A stretch of 49,835 nt of DNA from Candidatus Uhrbacteria bacterium RIFOXYB12_FULL_58_10 (GTDB lineage: Bacteria > Patescibacteriota > Patescibacteriia > UBA9934 > GWF2-40-263): positions 1-49,835 of the forward strand of contig CALRGL010000001.1 in the NCBI GenBank assembly GCA_943357275.1, in the 5' to 3' direction. The position numbers and the translations under genes were made by a program. The notes under the pieces are model-generated. The model did not search any database. It saw only the letters and a list, made by a program, of their open reading frames with translations, and was not told the DNA's origin. The first letter of the stretch is position 1; every line of letters starts with the position of its first letter. Below, in pieces: positions 23,758-33,949 of this stretch.

Positions 23758-24891
23758 ATGGCAAAAGCGAATCAACAAAAAGGAATCAATAAAGAGATGT
23801 TTCTTGCGCGAGATCTTTTCGATGACAAAAAACTCAAGCAAGTTCCTACGCGAAACGGTTACGGCGAAGGTCTTGTTGATGCTGGGATCGCGAACAAAAA
23901 CATTATGGTTCTTTGTGCTGACCTGACAGAGTCGACTCGCACACAAGCTTTTAAAGACGCATTTCCAGAGCGTTTTGTGCAAATGGGTGTGTCTGAACAA
24001 TCGCTTGCGTCCATTGCCGCTGGAATGGCAATCTCTGGAAAAGTGCCCTTTATCTCTAGTTACGCCGCCTTTTCTCCAGGTCGAAACTGGGAACAGATTC
24101 GTACAACTGTTGCCCTTCAAAACTCAAACGTGAAAATTGCTGGAGCCCACGCAGGACTCTCGGTTGGACCTGACGGCGCCACACACCAGATGACAGAAGA
24201 CATTGCCATCATGCGAACAATGCCAAACATGACGATCTGTGTTCCCTGTGACTATCAAGAAACCAAGAAAGCAACACTCACCGCCGCAAAATTTAAAGGC
24301 CCATTTTACTTGCGATTTACGCGAGAAAAATCCCCTGCCTTTACCACGGAAGCCACTCCATTCAAACTCGGACGCGCAGAAACGTTTCGTTTTGGAACCG
24401 ATGTAACGATTTTTGCCGCTGGTCCCCTTTTATATGAAGCTTTAGTTGCTGCAGAAAATCTTTCCAAAGAACATGGGATCGAAGCTCGCGTGATCAATGC
24501 GCATTCCATCAAGCCATTCGACGTAAAAGCGCTTATCACAGCAGCAAAAGAAACGGGCGCGATCGTAACTGTTGAGGAAGCTCAAGTAAACGGAGGTCTT
24601 GCTGGTGTGGTTGCGGAAACACTCACCCTCACCACACCTGTTCCAATGGAACGCGTCGGAGTTCAAGATCGATTCGGTCAATCCGGCGATCCTCGAGAAG
24701 TTCAAGAAGCTCTTGGAGTCACTGCACCGTTTATTGCCATGGCCGTTGCTCGAGTTCTCGATAGAAAAGCTGGCAAACCGGTCAGTGCGATCCCAATGCA
24801 CGTGACCGCAGCTTTTGAACTCGAAACAAAAATGAAAAAACAGATCTTTGAAGACGCCATCAAACGCGCACCAAAGAAATGGAAACGATAA
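23758..24891 (+). CDS. tkt: Transketolase, C-terminal (pyrimidine-binding) subunit
   Basis: RNGYGEGLVDAG...VLCADLTESTRT..FPERFVQMGVSEQSLASIAAGMA. Confidence 0.85.
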   Translation: MAKANQQKGINKEMFLARDLFDDKKLKQVPTRNGYGEGLVDAGIANKNIMVLCADLTESTRTQAFKDAFPERFVQMGVSEQSLASIAAGMAISGKVPFISSYAAFSPGRNWEQIRTTVALQNSNVKIAGAHAGLSVGPDGATHQMTEDIAIMRTMPNMTICVPCDYQETKKATLTAAKFKGPFYLRFTREKSPAFTTEATPFKLGRAETFRFGTDVTIFAAGPLLYEALVAAENLSKEHGIEARVINAHSIKPFDVKALITAAKETGAIVTVEEAQVNGGLAGVVAETLTLTTPVPMERVGVQDRFGQSGDPREVQEALGVTAPFIAMAVARVLDRKAGKPVSAIPMHVTAAFELETKMKKQIFEDAIKRAPKKWKR

Positions 24892-24941
24892 CCAAACGTG
24901 AAAAGAGTCAAATCGACTCTTTTTTGTTATACTTTGTGCAT

Positions 24942-25904
24942 ATGTACGACCTCGTTTCCATTGGTGACATAAAGCTCGACGTCTTTTTGGGACTCGATCG
25001 ATGTAAAGAGAAATGTTCACTCAAAAAGAAAAACGTCTGTTTCAATTTCGGCGAGAAAATTTCTGTTGAACTCTTAGATCAACAGATAGCAGGAAGTGCA
25101 CCGAACGTCGCAACAGCTCTGTCTCGCATGGGGAAAACAACAGCTGTTGTGAGTCATATGGGACAAGATGAAATTCATCAGCGTGCACTCAAAGATCTTA
25201 AAAATGAAAACGTTGAAACGCAGTATATTCTTGCTCACAGAGGCTTGAAAAGTGCCTATTCTTCTGTGCTTGGACTTCAAGGTGAACGAACGATCTTGGT
25301 TTCTTACATCAATCGTCCTTATCACCTCCCAAAAAATCTTCAGACAAAATGGCTCTTTATGTCTGAAATGGGTAACGGGTACGAAACGATCTATCAAGAA
25401 CTTGTTAAGCAGGTAAAAAAAGAAAAAACACTTCTTGCGCTCAATCCAGGGAACGAACAAATCACTGAAGGGAAACCTGAACTATTCGATCTGATCCGTG
25501 AGGCTAAAACGTTATTCGTTAACGTAGAAGAAGGAAAAGAACTCATCAAAAATAAACGCGTAACCATTCAAGCGCTTGCAGAAAAATTGTTCAAACTTGG
25601 TCCAAACGAAGTCGTTATCACCGACGGGAAAAATGGTTCCTACGGTTATGACGGCACCAACCTGTTCCATTGTCCTGTCTTTCCAGCTGAAGTTGTAGAA
25701 GTCACAGGTGCGGGAGATGCCTTTGCCTCAGGCTATCTTGGAGCCAGAATGCATGGTCACGCTATGAAAGACGGACTCAAATGGGGCGCGGTTAATGCAG
25801 CTTCTGTGATTCAACAAGTCGGACCCGTTCCAGGCCTGCTCACCCATCAACAAATTCTCGTACGACTCAGAAAAAATAAATCGTTTACTCCTGTTATTCT
25901 CTAA
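24942..25904 (+). CDS. PfkB-family carbohydrate kinase
   Basis: MYDLVSIGDIKLDVF...VEVTGAGDAFASGYLGA. Start at ATG 24942, directly after TATACT. Confidence 0.75.
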   Translation: MYDLVSIGDIKLDVFLGLDRCKEKCSLKKKNVCFNFGEKISVELLDQQIAGSAPNVATALSRMGKTTAVVSHMGQDEIHQRALKDLKNENVETQYILAHRGLKSAYSSVLGLQGERTILVSYINRPYHLPKNLQTKWLFMSEMGNGYETIYQELVKQVKKEKTLLALNPGNEQITEGKPELFDLIREAKTLFVNVEEGKELIKNKRVTIQALAEKLFKLGPNEVVITDGKNGSYGYDGTNLFHCPVFPAEVVEVTGAGDAFASGYLGARMHGHAMKDGLKWGAVNAASVIQQVGPVPGLLTHQQILVRLRKNKSFTPVIL

Positions 25905-25911
25905 CCACCGT

Positions 25912-26835
25912 ATGTTTTCAACTTACAATCAACTCTTGAAACAAGCCGCCAAAAAAAACTACGCGGTTGGAGCGTTCAATATCAATAATCTCGAATTCTT
26001 GCATGCTGTTGTGTCCGCAGCTGAAGAAGAACAGTCCCCTGTCATTGTTCAAACCTCCGAAGGCGCTCTGGGTTACGCGGGGCTTGAGGAACTTGCAGCG
26101 ATGGTTCATGTGGTCGTACGAAGAACAAAAGTGCCTGTTGTTTATCACCTCGATCACGGAAAAGACATTGACCTCATCGCTTACATTATCAAGTCAGGTT
26201 TGTACCAAAGCGTGATGTTCGATGGTTCTTCCCTTTCCTACGATGAAAACGTTCGCGAAACAACCAAGCTGGCTAAGCTCGCTCATAAAAATGGCGTTGC
26301 CATCGAAGCAGAACTTGGAGCCATCGCAGGAATTGAAGACTTTGTTTCTGTGGCAGAACAAGACGCACACCTCACAAGTCCAGAACAAGCAAAAGAATTT
26401 GTGGAAACAACTGGGTGTGACTCTCTAGCAATCGCTATTGGAACAAGTCACGGGGCCTTCAAATTTTCAGACGCATCAAAACTCGATTTCAAACGCTTGG
26501 AACGCATTAACAAAACAATCGATTTGCCGCTTGTCTTGCACGGAGCTTCTGGAATTCCAACGAACATCAAAAATCAATGCGTAAAATACGGGTGCAAAAT
26601 CGCAGAAGCAAAAGGCGTTTCTGACGCACATATCAAGAAAGCCATTTCACTTGGCATCAACAAAATCAACATCGACAGCGATCTACGAATCGCGTTCGAT
26701 GCCGGTGTTCGTCAGTTCCTTTCTGAAAATCCTGAAGTGATCGATCCACGCAAGATTCTCGAGCCTGCTACAGAGCTCATGCAAAAAGTTGTTCAACAAA
26801 AAATGCGCATCTTCGGATCCGCAGGTAAAGCCTAA
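25912..26835 (+). CDS. fba: Class II fructose-bisphosphate aldolase
   Basis: YAVGAFNINNLEF...VIVQTSEG...HLDHG...LVLHGASG. Confidence 0.9.
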   Translation: MFSTYNQLLKQAAKKNYAVGAFNINNLEFLHAVVSAAEEEQSPVIVQTSEGALGYAGLEELAAMVHVVVRRTKVPVVYHLDHGKDIDLIAYIIKSGLYQSVMFDGSSLSYDENVRETTKLAKLAHKNGVAIEAELGAIAGIEDFVSVAEQDAHLTSPEQAKEFVETTGCDSLAIAIGTSHGAFKFSDASKLDFKRLERINKTIDLPLVLHGASGIPTNIKNQCVKYGCKIAEAKGVSDAHIKKAISLGINKINIDSDLRIAFDAGVRQFLSENPEVIDPRKILEPATELMQKVVQQKMRIFGSAGKA

Positions 26836-26836
26836 T

Positions 26837-27847
26837 ATGTTTGATGTCATCACTATTGGAAGTTCCGCACGAGACGTGATTCTCGAAAGCGACAAATTTG
26901 TCGTTCTTGCTTCCAAGAAATTCAAAACGGGATTTGGGGAATGTGTTTCCCTCGGTTCCAAAATCGAACTCGATCGAATCATTCATACCTCCGGTGGAGG
27001 TGCCACAAACGCTGGTGCAACCTTTGGTTCTCTTGGATACAAAACAGCCATCATCACAAAAATTGGTGACGACATGCCTGGAAAAGAAATTCTAGAAGAT
27101 CTACACAAGTTCAAGATCAACACGAATCACGTTCGTATCGTCAAAAAAGGAGAAACGGCTTACTCAACTTTGCTCACCATGAAAGACGGAGAACGAACGG
27201 TTCTTGTTTACCGCGGAGTCTGCAAGCAATTCACCGATCGAGATATCGATTGGGACGCGATCAAAAATACGAAATGGGTTTATCTCACTTCCCTTGGTGG
27301 AAACGTAGCGCTCTCGAAAAAGATTATCGATCAAGCCAAAAAAGCGGGTGCAAAAGTCTTTTGGAACCCTGGATCAAAAGAATTGAACGAGGGAATGAAA
27401 GTCCTCCTTCCACTTCTTCCAAAAGTAGATATCTTCGACGTAAACAAAGAAGAAGTAGAACTTCTCACAAAGAAGAAATCAATTAAGGATCAATTCAAAG
27501 CACTCGAGTCAGGTGAAACCATTCGACTCATCACAGACGGAGAAAACGGAACCTACGCTTATCAAAACGGCATAACCATCCACTCTGGAACCACCCAAGT
27601 CAAAGCCGTCTCCAGAACCGGCGCAGGCGACGCCTTTGGCTCCGGCTTCCTCTCCGGCCTCCTTAAAAGTTCTCCCCCCTTCCCAAGGGGGGATCAAGGG
27701 GGGTCCTTTTCTCTCGAATCCATCGAATACAGTCTCGCTCTTGGAACCATCAACGCCGAATCTGTGATCCAAAAATTCGGTCCAAAACATGGCATTCTCA
27801 CCGCTTGGCCTAGTTCACTCAAGATCAAGAAAATCAAAATCACGTAA
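26837..27847 (+). CDS. PfkB-family carbohydrate kinase (second copy) with an odd in-frame insertion
   Basis: MFDVITIGSSARDV...RTGAGDAFGSGFLSGLL, then SSPPFPRGDQGGSFS encoded by a G/C-run palindrome, then ALGTINAESVIQKFGP. Confidence 0.75.
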   Translation: MFDVITIGSSARDVILESDKFVVLASKKFKTGFGECVSLGSKIELDRIIHTSGGGATNAGATFGSLGYKTAIITKIGDDMPGKEILEDLHKFKINTNHVRIVKKGETAYSTLLTMKDGERTVLVYRGVCKQFTDRDIDWDAIKNTKWVYLTSLGGNVALSKKIIDQAKKAGAKVFWNPGSKELNEGMKVLLPLLPKVDIFDVNKEEVELLTKKKSIKDQFKALESGETIRLITDGENGTYAYQNGITIHSGTTQVKAVSRTGAGDAFGSGFLSGLLKSSPPFPRGDQGGSFSLESIEYSLALGTINAESVIQKFGPKHGILTAWPSSLKIKKIKIT

Positions 27848-27899
27848 CAAAAAAGACCCTGGTCCCGTATGGACTGGGGTCTGTTGTTTTAAAAAAGGG

Positions 27900-28835
27900 C
27901 TAGGGAACGACAACAAGACGGAAGCTGACCTTCGAAGAAGGAGTTGCATATCGGACAGATTCCACACAGGCGAGTCCGTGCATAGGACTACTGTCTGCAG
28001 ATAAACTATCTCCACACAAAGTCAGATAAAAATCACGCCAGAACTTATTGAGACACAACTCTCGTTTCGGATTCGCATGAAGATCAGGAAGACTCTGATG
28101 ACAATTCGCATTCAACCACCTAAACAGATTTCCGATCAGATTCAACTCTTCCACTGAAGGCAAACGAACAGCTCGTCTGGAAAGACCAAACGTCCGAGCA
28201 ACCTCCTGAACAAAATCTCCCATCACAACATCCCACGTACATTCCATTCGACACACATCGCCGGAATGATCCAAAAATAGTTGGTCTGAAGAAATCTGAA
28301 GTCGACTTTCCACATCAACATCTGGCTGCAAAATCGTTTCCACAAGCACCCATCGACCAGTAAGCGGGATACGTTGAGTCGTATCGTTAGAACAACCTTC
28401 TCCCCATTCGGGTTTAATGAATTCTCTCGGATATTCCGACTCAGTGATTGCGGGCAAGTAGACAAGCTTAAGACCATACTTTTTGATGGCAGTCAGCGTC
28501 TTTGCCTTGATCTTGGGAATTCGGGGGATCTCGATCTTGCAACCAAGAATCTTTTCCCAGACATACTCCCAAAACGCTTCTGTCCCAATATCGCTGATCA
28601 CATTTCGATGAATGGGACGGGAAGGATCTCTGCTTCGAGCTTTTTCAAGAAGCCGATCAACGACTGTCTGAAGCTCTTCTCGACTGACCAACTTTCGTGA
28701 CAGCACCTCGCCAAGAGGTTCGAGCACATCAACATGATCAAGCAAACCATGCAGACCCGCCTCTGTCATCCTCGGCGACAACTCGTTGATACGAGTAACC
28801 CACCCTGGCGTCACTACCCTTTTCAAAGCACCCAT
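27900..28835 (-). CDS. Hypothetical protein
   Basis: 311 aa with SD GGAGGTGTGTC-ATG. Own promoter TTGACG-N17-TAGTGT (28967-28995, minus) and a ~115 nt leader. Confidence 0.5.
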   Translation of the reverse strand: MGALKRVVTPGWVTRINELSPRMTEAGLHGLLDHVDVLEPLGEVLSRKLVSREELQTVVDRLLEKARSRDPSRPIHRNVISDIGTEAFWEYVWEKILGCKIEIPRIPKIKAKTLTAIKKYGLKLVYLPAITESEYPREFIKPEWGEGCSNDTTQRIPLTGRWVLVETILQPDVDVESRLQISSDQLFLDHSGDVCRMECTWDVVMGDFVQEVARTFGLSRRAVRLPSVEELNLIGNLFRWLNANCHQSLPDLHANPKRELCLNKFWRDFYLTLCGDSLSADSSPMHGLACVESVRYATPSSKVSFRLVVVP

Positions 28836-29008
28836 GACACACCTCCGCTCTTCAACACATTCATCGTCACATCTTCCCTGAAGGCGCCACGACTACTTGG
28901 TTGAAGCACGAATACGCGAATCTGTCGCGCACAGGTTTCGAGCAGGAACGCTCGAAGAACCTGAAAACACTACTCAAAAATAGCCAAAACGTCAAGAGAT
29001 CATTATAA

Positions 29009-30007
29009 TTGTCGCATATGAAGTACTCCGCATTTGTGACTCGCATTATTCCTGACGAAGGAATCAACCTGCTCAAGAAAAACAAAAACATTGAGCTTGA
29101 TCTTTACGAGCATGATCAAGTGATTCCTCGAAAAGAACTCTTGAAACGCGTGAAAGGAAAACACATCATTCTCTCGATCCTCACGGATAAGATCGATAAA
29201 GAAGTCTTTGATGCTGCTGGACCACAACTCAAGATGATTGCAAACTACGCCGTTGGGTTTGATAATATCGATCTTGTCGAAGCAAAGAAGCGTGGCATCA
29301 CCGTTACAAATACGCCAAGCGAGATGATTAGCGAATCCGTTGCTGAACATACGATCGCTCTTATGTTCGCCCTTGCAAAACGTATTGTAGAAACAGATAA
29401 ATTTACACGCGCAGGAAAATACAAAGCTTGGGGACCACAGCTATTACTTGGAACAGATCTATTCAAGAAGACCATTGGAATCATCGGAACCGGTCGTATT
29501 GGAACAGGGGTTGTACATCGACTCCATGATGGATTCGGGATGAAAGTTGTTTACAACGATGTCAAAAAGAATCCTCAACTTGAACAAGAAACGGGAGCAA
29601 AATTTCGATCGCTCACGCAACTCCTTAAAGAATCTGATTTCGTTTCCATTCACGTCCCTCTTTTACCTTCGACGAAACATCTCATCAGCACAAAAGAATT
29701 TGCTCTCATGAAACCAACCGCGTTTATCATAAACACCGCACGCGGACCTATCATCGATGAGAAAGCTTTGTGCAAAGCGCTTCTCAAAAAACAAATCGCC
29801 GGCGCTGGGCTTGATGTGTACGAATGTGAACCGTTGATCGATTGTGATCCAAACGATAATCTCGAACTACGAAAGATGGATAACGTCGTCCTGACACCAC
29901 ACACTGCTTCTGCCACACTTACGACTCGACAAGAAATGAGCAAGATTGCTGCAAAGAATATCCTTGCGTTTGTTGGTGGGAAACGCCCGCCAAACCGCAT
30001 TGAATAA
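29009..30007 (+). CDS. D-isomer-specific 2-hydroxyacid dehydrogenase (glyoxylate/hydroxypyruvate reductase-like)
   Basis: GIIGTGRIGTGVVHRL is the NAD fold, plus NTARGPIIDE and the catalytic ...TPHTASAT. TATAAT lies directly before the ATG. Confidence 0.85.
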   Translation: MSHMKYSAFVTRIIPDEGINLLKKNKNIELDLYEHDQVIPRKELLKRVKGKHIILSILTDKIDKEVFDAAGPQLKMIANYAVGFDNIDLVEAKKRGITVTNTPSEMISESVAEHTIALMFALAKRIVETDKFTRAGKYKAWGPQLLLGTDLFKKTIGIIGTGRIGTGVVHRLHDGFGMKVVYNDVKKNPQLEQETGAKFRSLTQLLKESDFVSIHVPLLPSTKHLISTKEFALMKPTAFIINTARGPIIDEKALCKALLKKQIAGAGLDVYECEPLIDCDPNDNLELRKMDNVVLTPHTASATLTTRQEMSKIAAKNILAFVGGKRPPNRIE

Positions 30008-30081
30008 GCTATTGACGCAAAGGTTTCGATTCTGCTATTATTCCATCGCTACGAAAAGACTGCCATTTCTGGCAGTCTAAG

Positions 30082-30157
30082 GGCCAATAGCTCAGTTGGT
30101 AGAGCACCTGCTTTGCAAGCAGGGGGTCCAGGGTTCGAATCCCTGTTGGTCCACCAA
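30082..30157 (+). tRNA. tRNA-Ala (anticodon TGC)
   Basis: Manual cloverleaf: GGGCCAA/TTGGTCC acceptor with G3:U70, anticodon loop TTTGCAA, T-arm CAGGG-TTCGAAT-CCCTG, encoded CCA. A terminator hairpin follows at 30160-30186. Confidence 0.95.
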
Positions 30158-30218
30158 AAAATCCTCAGACAATCTGGGGATTTTTTATTGTTTAGTCAAC
30201 GAAAACAAAGTATGATCT

Positions 30219-31526
30219 TTGTATATGAAACGTTATTTTTTGCTGATAACAGCTGGTTTTTTCCTTGTTCCGAATCTTGCCTTTGCCCATCATCGCGATC
30301 CAATTCATATCGAATCAACCGATGGAAAAATTTCTTTTGATTTACCTATCGATAATAACGCTGGAGGAGCATCTCTTTCTGTTGCTGATTTAGGGAATGA
30401 TGGCACGCCAGAAATCTTGATTGGAAATGGACTTGGTAACGAACCACGTGTTCGTGTCCTACGGATGGATGGAAGTGAGATCGGGAGTTTTCTTACGTTT
30501 GCACCAGACATGGAAAATGGAATCAATGTTGTGGCATGTGACCTCAACGGGGACAAATTGAATGAAATTGTGGTTACACCAGCACGTGGAGGTGGTCCAC
30601 AAATTCGTATCTTTGATCGACTTGGTAAAGCAATCGACAATGGTGGCTTCTTTGCTTATGGTGAATCGTTTCGAGGAGGAGTGAATCTTGCTTGTGGAGA
30701 TACTAACAACGATGATATTGATGAACTGATCACCCTTCCAGGAACCGGTGGTGGATCACATATCAAAGTTTGGTCATACACTTCGACAAAAGAAGAATTG
30801 AAAAAAGAATTCTTTGCTTTTGATGGTTTAGATCGAAGTGGTTCTGTTGGATCTGTTCACAACAATCAGATTGTTGTTGTGCAACAACACGGTTCAACAC
30901 CAGCCATGCGAACGTTTGATGGAACAGGAACACTGATCGAAGAGAAAAAACTTTCACAAGAAAATATTCTTTCTGTCTTTGTTGTTAACAAGAATCGTTA
31001 CATCACAACACAGGCTGGGGATATCTTTTCTGTAGATGAAAATAAAGTGATCACACATTCCGACACACCGATCGTTGCATCAACATCATCCACACAAGAG
31101 AGTGAAGCAAAAAAAATTCTCTACGTGACATCAAAAAAAATGTTCGACGACCAAACAACAAAACGCATTCTCGTTGATTTAAGTGAACAACGATTGTATG
31201 CATACAACAAGGGTGTGCTTGATAATACATTTCTTATTTCAAGTGGACTCAACAATTTGACACCTACTGGAAAACACGCAATTTTAGCGAAAATATACGA
31301 GGTTGATTACCGATGGAATTACGGTCCGGGTGATCCACGAAATTATGATTTGGGTGTTGTTCCTTACAACTTACGATTCTTTCCGCACATCTATTTACAC
31401 TACGCGTACTGGCATAATAATTTTGGTCATGTCATGTCACACGGATGTGTAAACGTCTCTCTCACAAATATGAAATGGTTATACAACTGGGCTGAAAAAG
31501 GTGATGAAGTAAATGTTCGTACATAG
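30219..31526 (+). CDS. L,D-transpeptidase (YkuD domain) with N-terminal FG-GAP/VCBS-like repeats
   Basis: Signal peptide. Repeats DLGNDGTPEILIG, DLNGDKLNEIVV and GDTNNDDIDELIT. C-terminal YkuD catalytic motif SHGCVNV. Confidence 0.75.
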   Translation: MYMKRYFLLITAGFFLVPNLAFAHHRDPIHIESTDGKISFDLPIDNNAGGASLSVADLGNDGTPEILIGNGLGNEPRVRVLRMDGSEIGSFLTFAPDMENGINVVACDLNGDKLNEIVVTPARGGGPQIRIFDRLGKAIDNGGFFAYGESFRGGVNLACGDTNNDDIDELITLPGTGGGSHIKVWSYTSTKEELKKEFFAFDGLDRSGSVGSVHNNQIVVVQQHGSTPAMRTFDGTGTLIEEKKLSQENILSVFVVNKNRYITTQAGDIFSVDENKVITHSDTPIVASTSSTQESEAKKILYVTSKKMFDDQTTKRILVDLSEQRLYAYNKGVLDNTFLISSGLNNLTPTGKHAILAKIYEVDYRWNYGPGDPRNYDLGVVPYNLRFFPHIYLHYAYWHNNFGHVMSHGCVNVSLTNMKWLYNWAEKGDEVNVRT

Positions 31527-31731
31527 AAAAATATTTTTGCACAGAAAACACTTGCGAGGATATTCACAAAATTCTTTTTTCTTTCTACAATGTATTTATC
31601 GTAGTCATGACGCGTCCATGAAACGACAACTGCAATTAATTGCAGTGCTCGATCGAGCAATTTATTTATAACGGAATGAAGGAGGTGGAGGAAACTTTCA
31701 CAAACAACATTCCAAGCTCTCAAAAAATATT

Positions 31732-31869
31732 ATGGCAGCAAAAAAGAAAGTAGCGAAGCGAAAAGTCGCAGCTAAGAAACCAGCAGCTAAGAAGGTAGCT
31801 AAAAAGAAAGCACCAGCTAAGCGAAAGACAGCTCCAAAAAAGAAAGTCGCAGCTAAGAAGAAAAAATAG
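31732..31869 (+). CDS. 45-aa Lys/Ala-rich basic protein (histone H1-like / nucleoid-associated?)
   Basis: Own translation (below the ORF-track size cutoff): MAAKKKVAKRKVAAKKPAAKKVAKKKAPAKRKTAPKKKVAAKKKK. A terminator follows at 31893-31916. No SD lies close to the ATG. Confidence 0.45.
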   Translation: MAAKKKVAKRKVAAKKPAAKKVAKKKAPAKRKTAPKKKVAAKKKK

Positions 31870-31921
31870 TTCGTAAGAACAAAACAAAAAACTCAGGGAC
31901 GCGCCTGAGTTTTTTGTTTGT

Positions 31922-33178
31922 CTAATTTGTTTTTTTGTTCTGTCGTTGTTTCACATCATCACCAAGTAATTGCACCTTTCCAAAAATTCCATCATATCCA
32001 GGTTGAATATTCACTTGTCCACTACGCATACGATGAATTGCTTCAGCAATACTTGGAAGTGAAGCGTATTCGTTGATCCGTTCAATAGGCGTATCAAGTA
32101 ATAGTGTAAACTCATTTGCCACCGAATCAGTGAGTTGTAAATATTCCTGCTCAACTCGTTTAGAGGTTGTTGAAGAAACGGCAAAGGCTTCTGCAAGAAT
32201 TTCTGCAAGAGGAACAATGGATTTAAAGGGGATTTTACGTGAACTGACGGTATTTGGATCTCTATCCGCAAGCATACCCACACGATGTTGTACACCAAGC
32301 GTTAAGGTTCGCTTACATTTCGGACAACGTTCATTATTCTGTATTGCTTCTTGAGGTGTGCAAGAATAAGCACAATTTGCACATCCGTCTGTATGGTACT
32401 TCCCTTCTTCTGGATAAAACTCAATGGTGTATTTAAACTTGTTCTTGTCTTGTTCTTTTAAGACACGAACAAATTCATCATACGTAGGTGGTTCATCAAA
32501 TTCAAACACATTCGCTTCTCGACCAAGATTACGAGGAGAATGTGCGTCTGAATTTGAAATGAGGACAACATCATCAAGCTGAGAAAGTTCCCAATTCATC
32601 ATCGGATCCGACGACAATCCTGTTTCAATCGCATAAATATACGGACTCATGGAACCAAAACACTCTTGAATAGAGTCAAAACCTGACTTACTTCCAAACA
32701 CGGCATACCACGGTGTCCAAGCGTGTGCAGGAATCACAATGATTTTTTCATCAATCTCTTTCAAAAGTTTATACAAATCTTCTGAATCGATCCCCATGAT
32801 CGGTCGTCCATCTGACCTCAAATTGAATCCCCGACTTGAAAGTTCTTTAATCACTTTTTCACATGTTTCAAGCGAAGGACTAAAAATAAGATTATGAATT
32901 CGCCGTGACTTCCCACCCTTTTTATAAATCTGAGAAACTTCTTGCACAAGCATAAATTCCGTCCCCGAGGTTGCCGTCTTCAATCCGTAAATTCCCTGTC
33001 TTACTTCAACCAAATTTTCTTTGAGATGTTTAAACCAGGCCGGATGTGTCCAATCTCCAGTTGCAACAATTTGAATCCCTTTGCGCTTGCACCACTGATC
33101 AATGATCGGCAATTCCAATTGCTTCGAGCAGGCTCGAGAATATTTTGAGTGAATATGCCAATCGACAATGTAACGCAT
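31922..33178 (-). CDS. Endonuclease Q-like PHP-domain protein
   Basis: N-terminal PHP motif DWHIHSKYSRACS...ATGDWTHPAW and a Zn-finger (CANCAYSC...CPKC). Recognised from memory of the EndoQ family. Confidence 0.65.
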   Translation of the reverse strand: MRYIVDWHIHSKYSRACSKQLELPIIDQWCKRKGIQIVATGDWTHPAWFKHLKENLVEVRQGIYGLKTATSGTEFMLVQEVSQIYKKGGKSRRIHNLIFSPSLETCEKVIKELSSRGFNLRSDGRPIMGIDSEDLYKLLKEIDEKIIVIPAHAWTPWYAVFGSKSGFDSIQECFGSMSPYIYAIETGLSSDPMMNWELSQLDDVVLISNSDAHSPRNLGREANVFEFDEPPTYDEFVRVLKEQDKNKFKYTIEFYPEEGKYHTDGCANCAYSCTPQEAIQNNERCPKCKRTLTLGVQHRVGMLADRDPNTVSSRKIPFKSIVPLAEILAEAFAVSSTTSKRVEQEYLQLTDSVANEFTLLLDTPIERINEYASLPSIAEAIHRMRSGQVNIQPGYDGIFGKVQLLGDDVKQRQNKKTN

Positions 33179-33280
33179 AAAAATAACGATTATGAATTGC
33201 TAGTATCATAAAGATCTTAACGATGCGTGTCGAGTTTACAAGCAAACCCAAAAACAGTAAGCTGATTTATATTTAAAATT

Positions 33281-33919
33281 ATGAACAAACAAGGACTTTT
33301 TGGAACTTTTATTCTTATTTCTCTACTTGGCGTTGGGTGTGTGCAAACCTATCCATCGGTAATAGATAACTATGAACACCCGCCGTCTCTCATAGACATT
33401 GTTCAGGAGCAAGAAATCCCGGTCATCGAGAAAAAAATGGATCGAAAATTAACACCTGTCATTTCTTCGGACAACCTCCGTTATTCAGGTACATGGTTTG
33501 ATGTTGAGTATCCAAGCTCTTTCAAGCCATCACCAAACGAAATTAACGGAACCAACCATATCAAAACAGATGAAGCAAGGTTTACATCTGAAGATGGATC
33601 TGTTGAATTTTACGTGTATTCTCCACTTTGGAGTGGGCAATCAAATTATCTTACTCTTTCCGACACAGAAGACTTAGTTGGTCGTAGAGAAGTCGGAACG
33701 CCGGGTACAGGATTCGATAAAGCTCTCACGGAGTGGGTGACCGTGAAAGCAAAAGACAATAGCTATTATCGATCCTATGTTCACTTTAGAAAACAAATCG
33801 ATACAGGAAGTGAATATACCTACACTTTTGGGATCAAGTATAAAGATGCGAATGCATACCTCACTTATAAGGATGCATACATTGCATTCAAGAAATCACT
33901 TGTACAGTTCGGAGACTAA
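33281..33919 (+). CDS. Putative lipoprotein, function unknown
   Basis: Signal peptide with lipobox LLGVGC. 212 aa. Confidence 0.55.
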   Translation: MNKQGLFGTFILISLLGVGCVQTYPSVIDNYEHPPSLIDIVQEQEIPVIEKKMDRKLTPVISSDNLRYSGTWFDVEYPSSFKPSPNEINGTNHIKTDEARFTSEDGSVEFYVYSPLWSGQSNYLTLSDTEDLVGRREVGTPGTGFDKALTEWVTVKAKDNSYYRSYVHFRKQIDTGSEYTYTFGIKYKDANAYLTYKDAYIAFKKSLVQFGD

Positions 33920-33949
33920 AACAAAAACAGGACTGAAAAGTCCTGTTTT

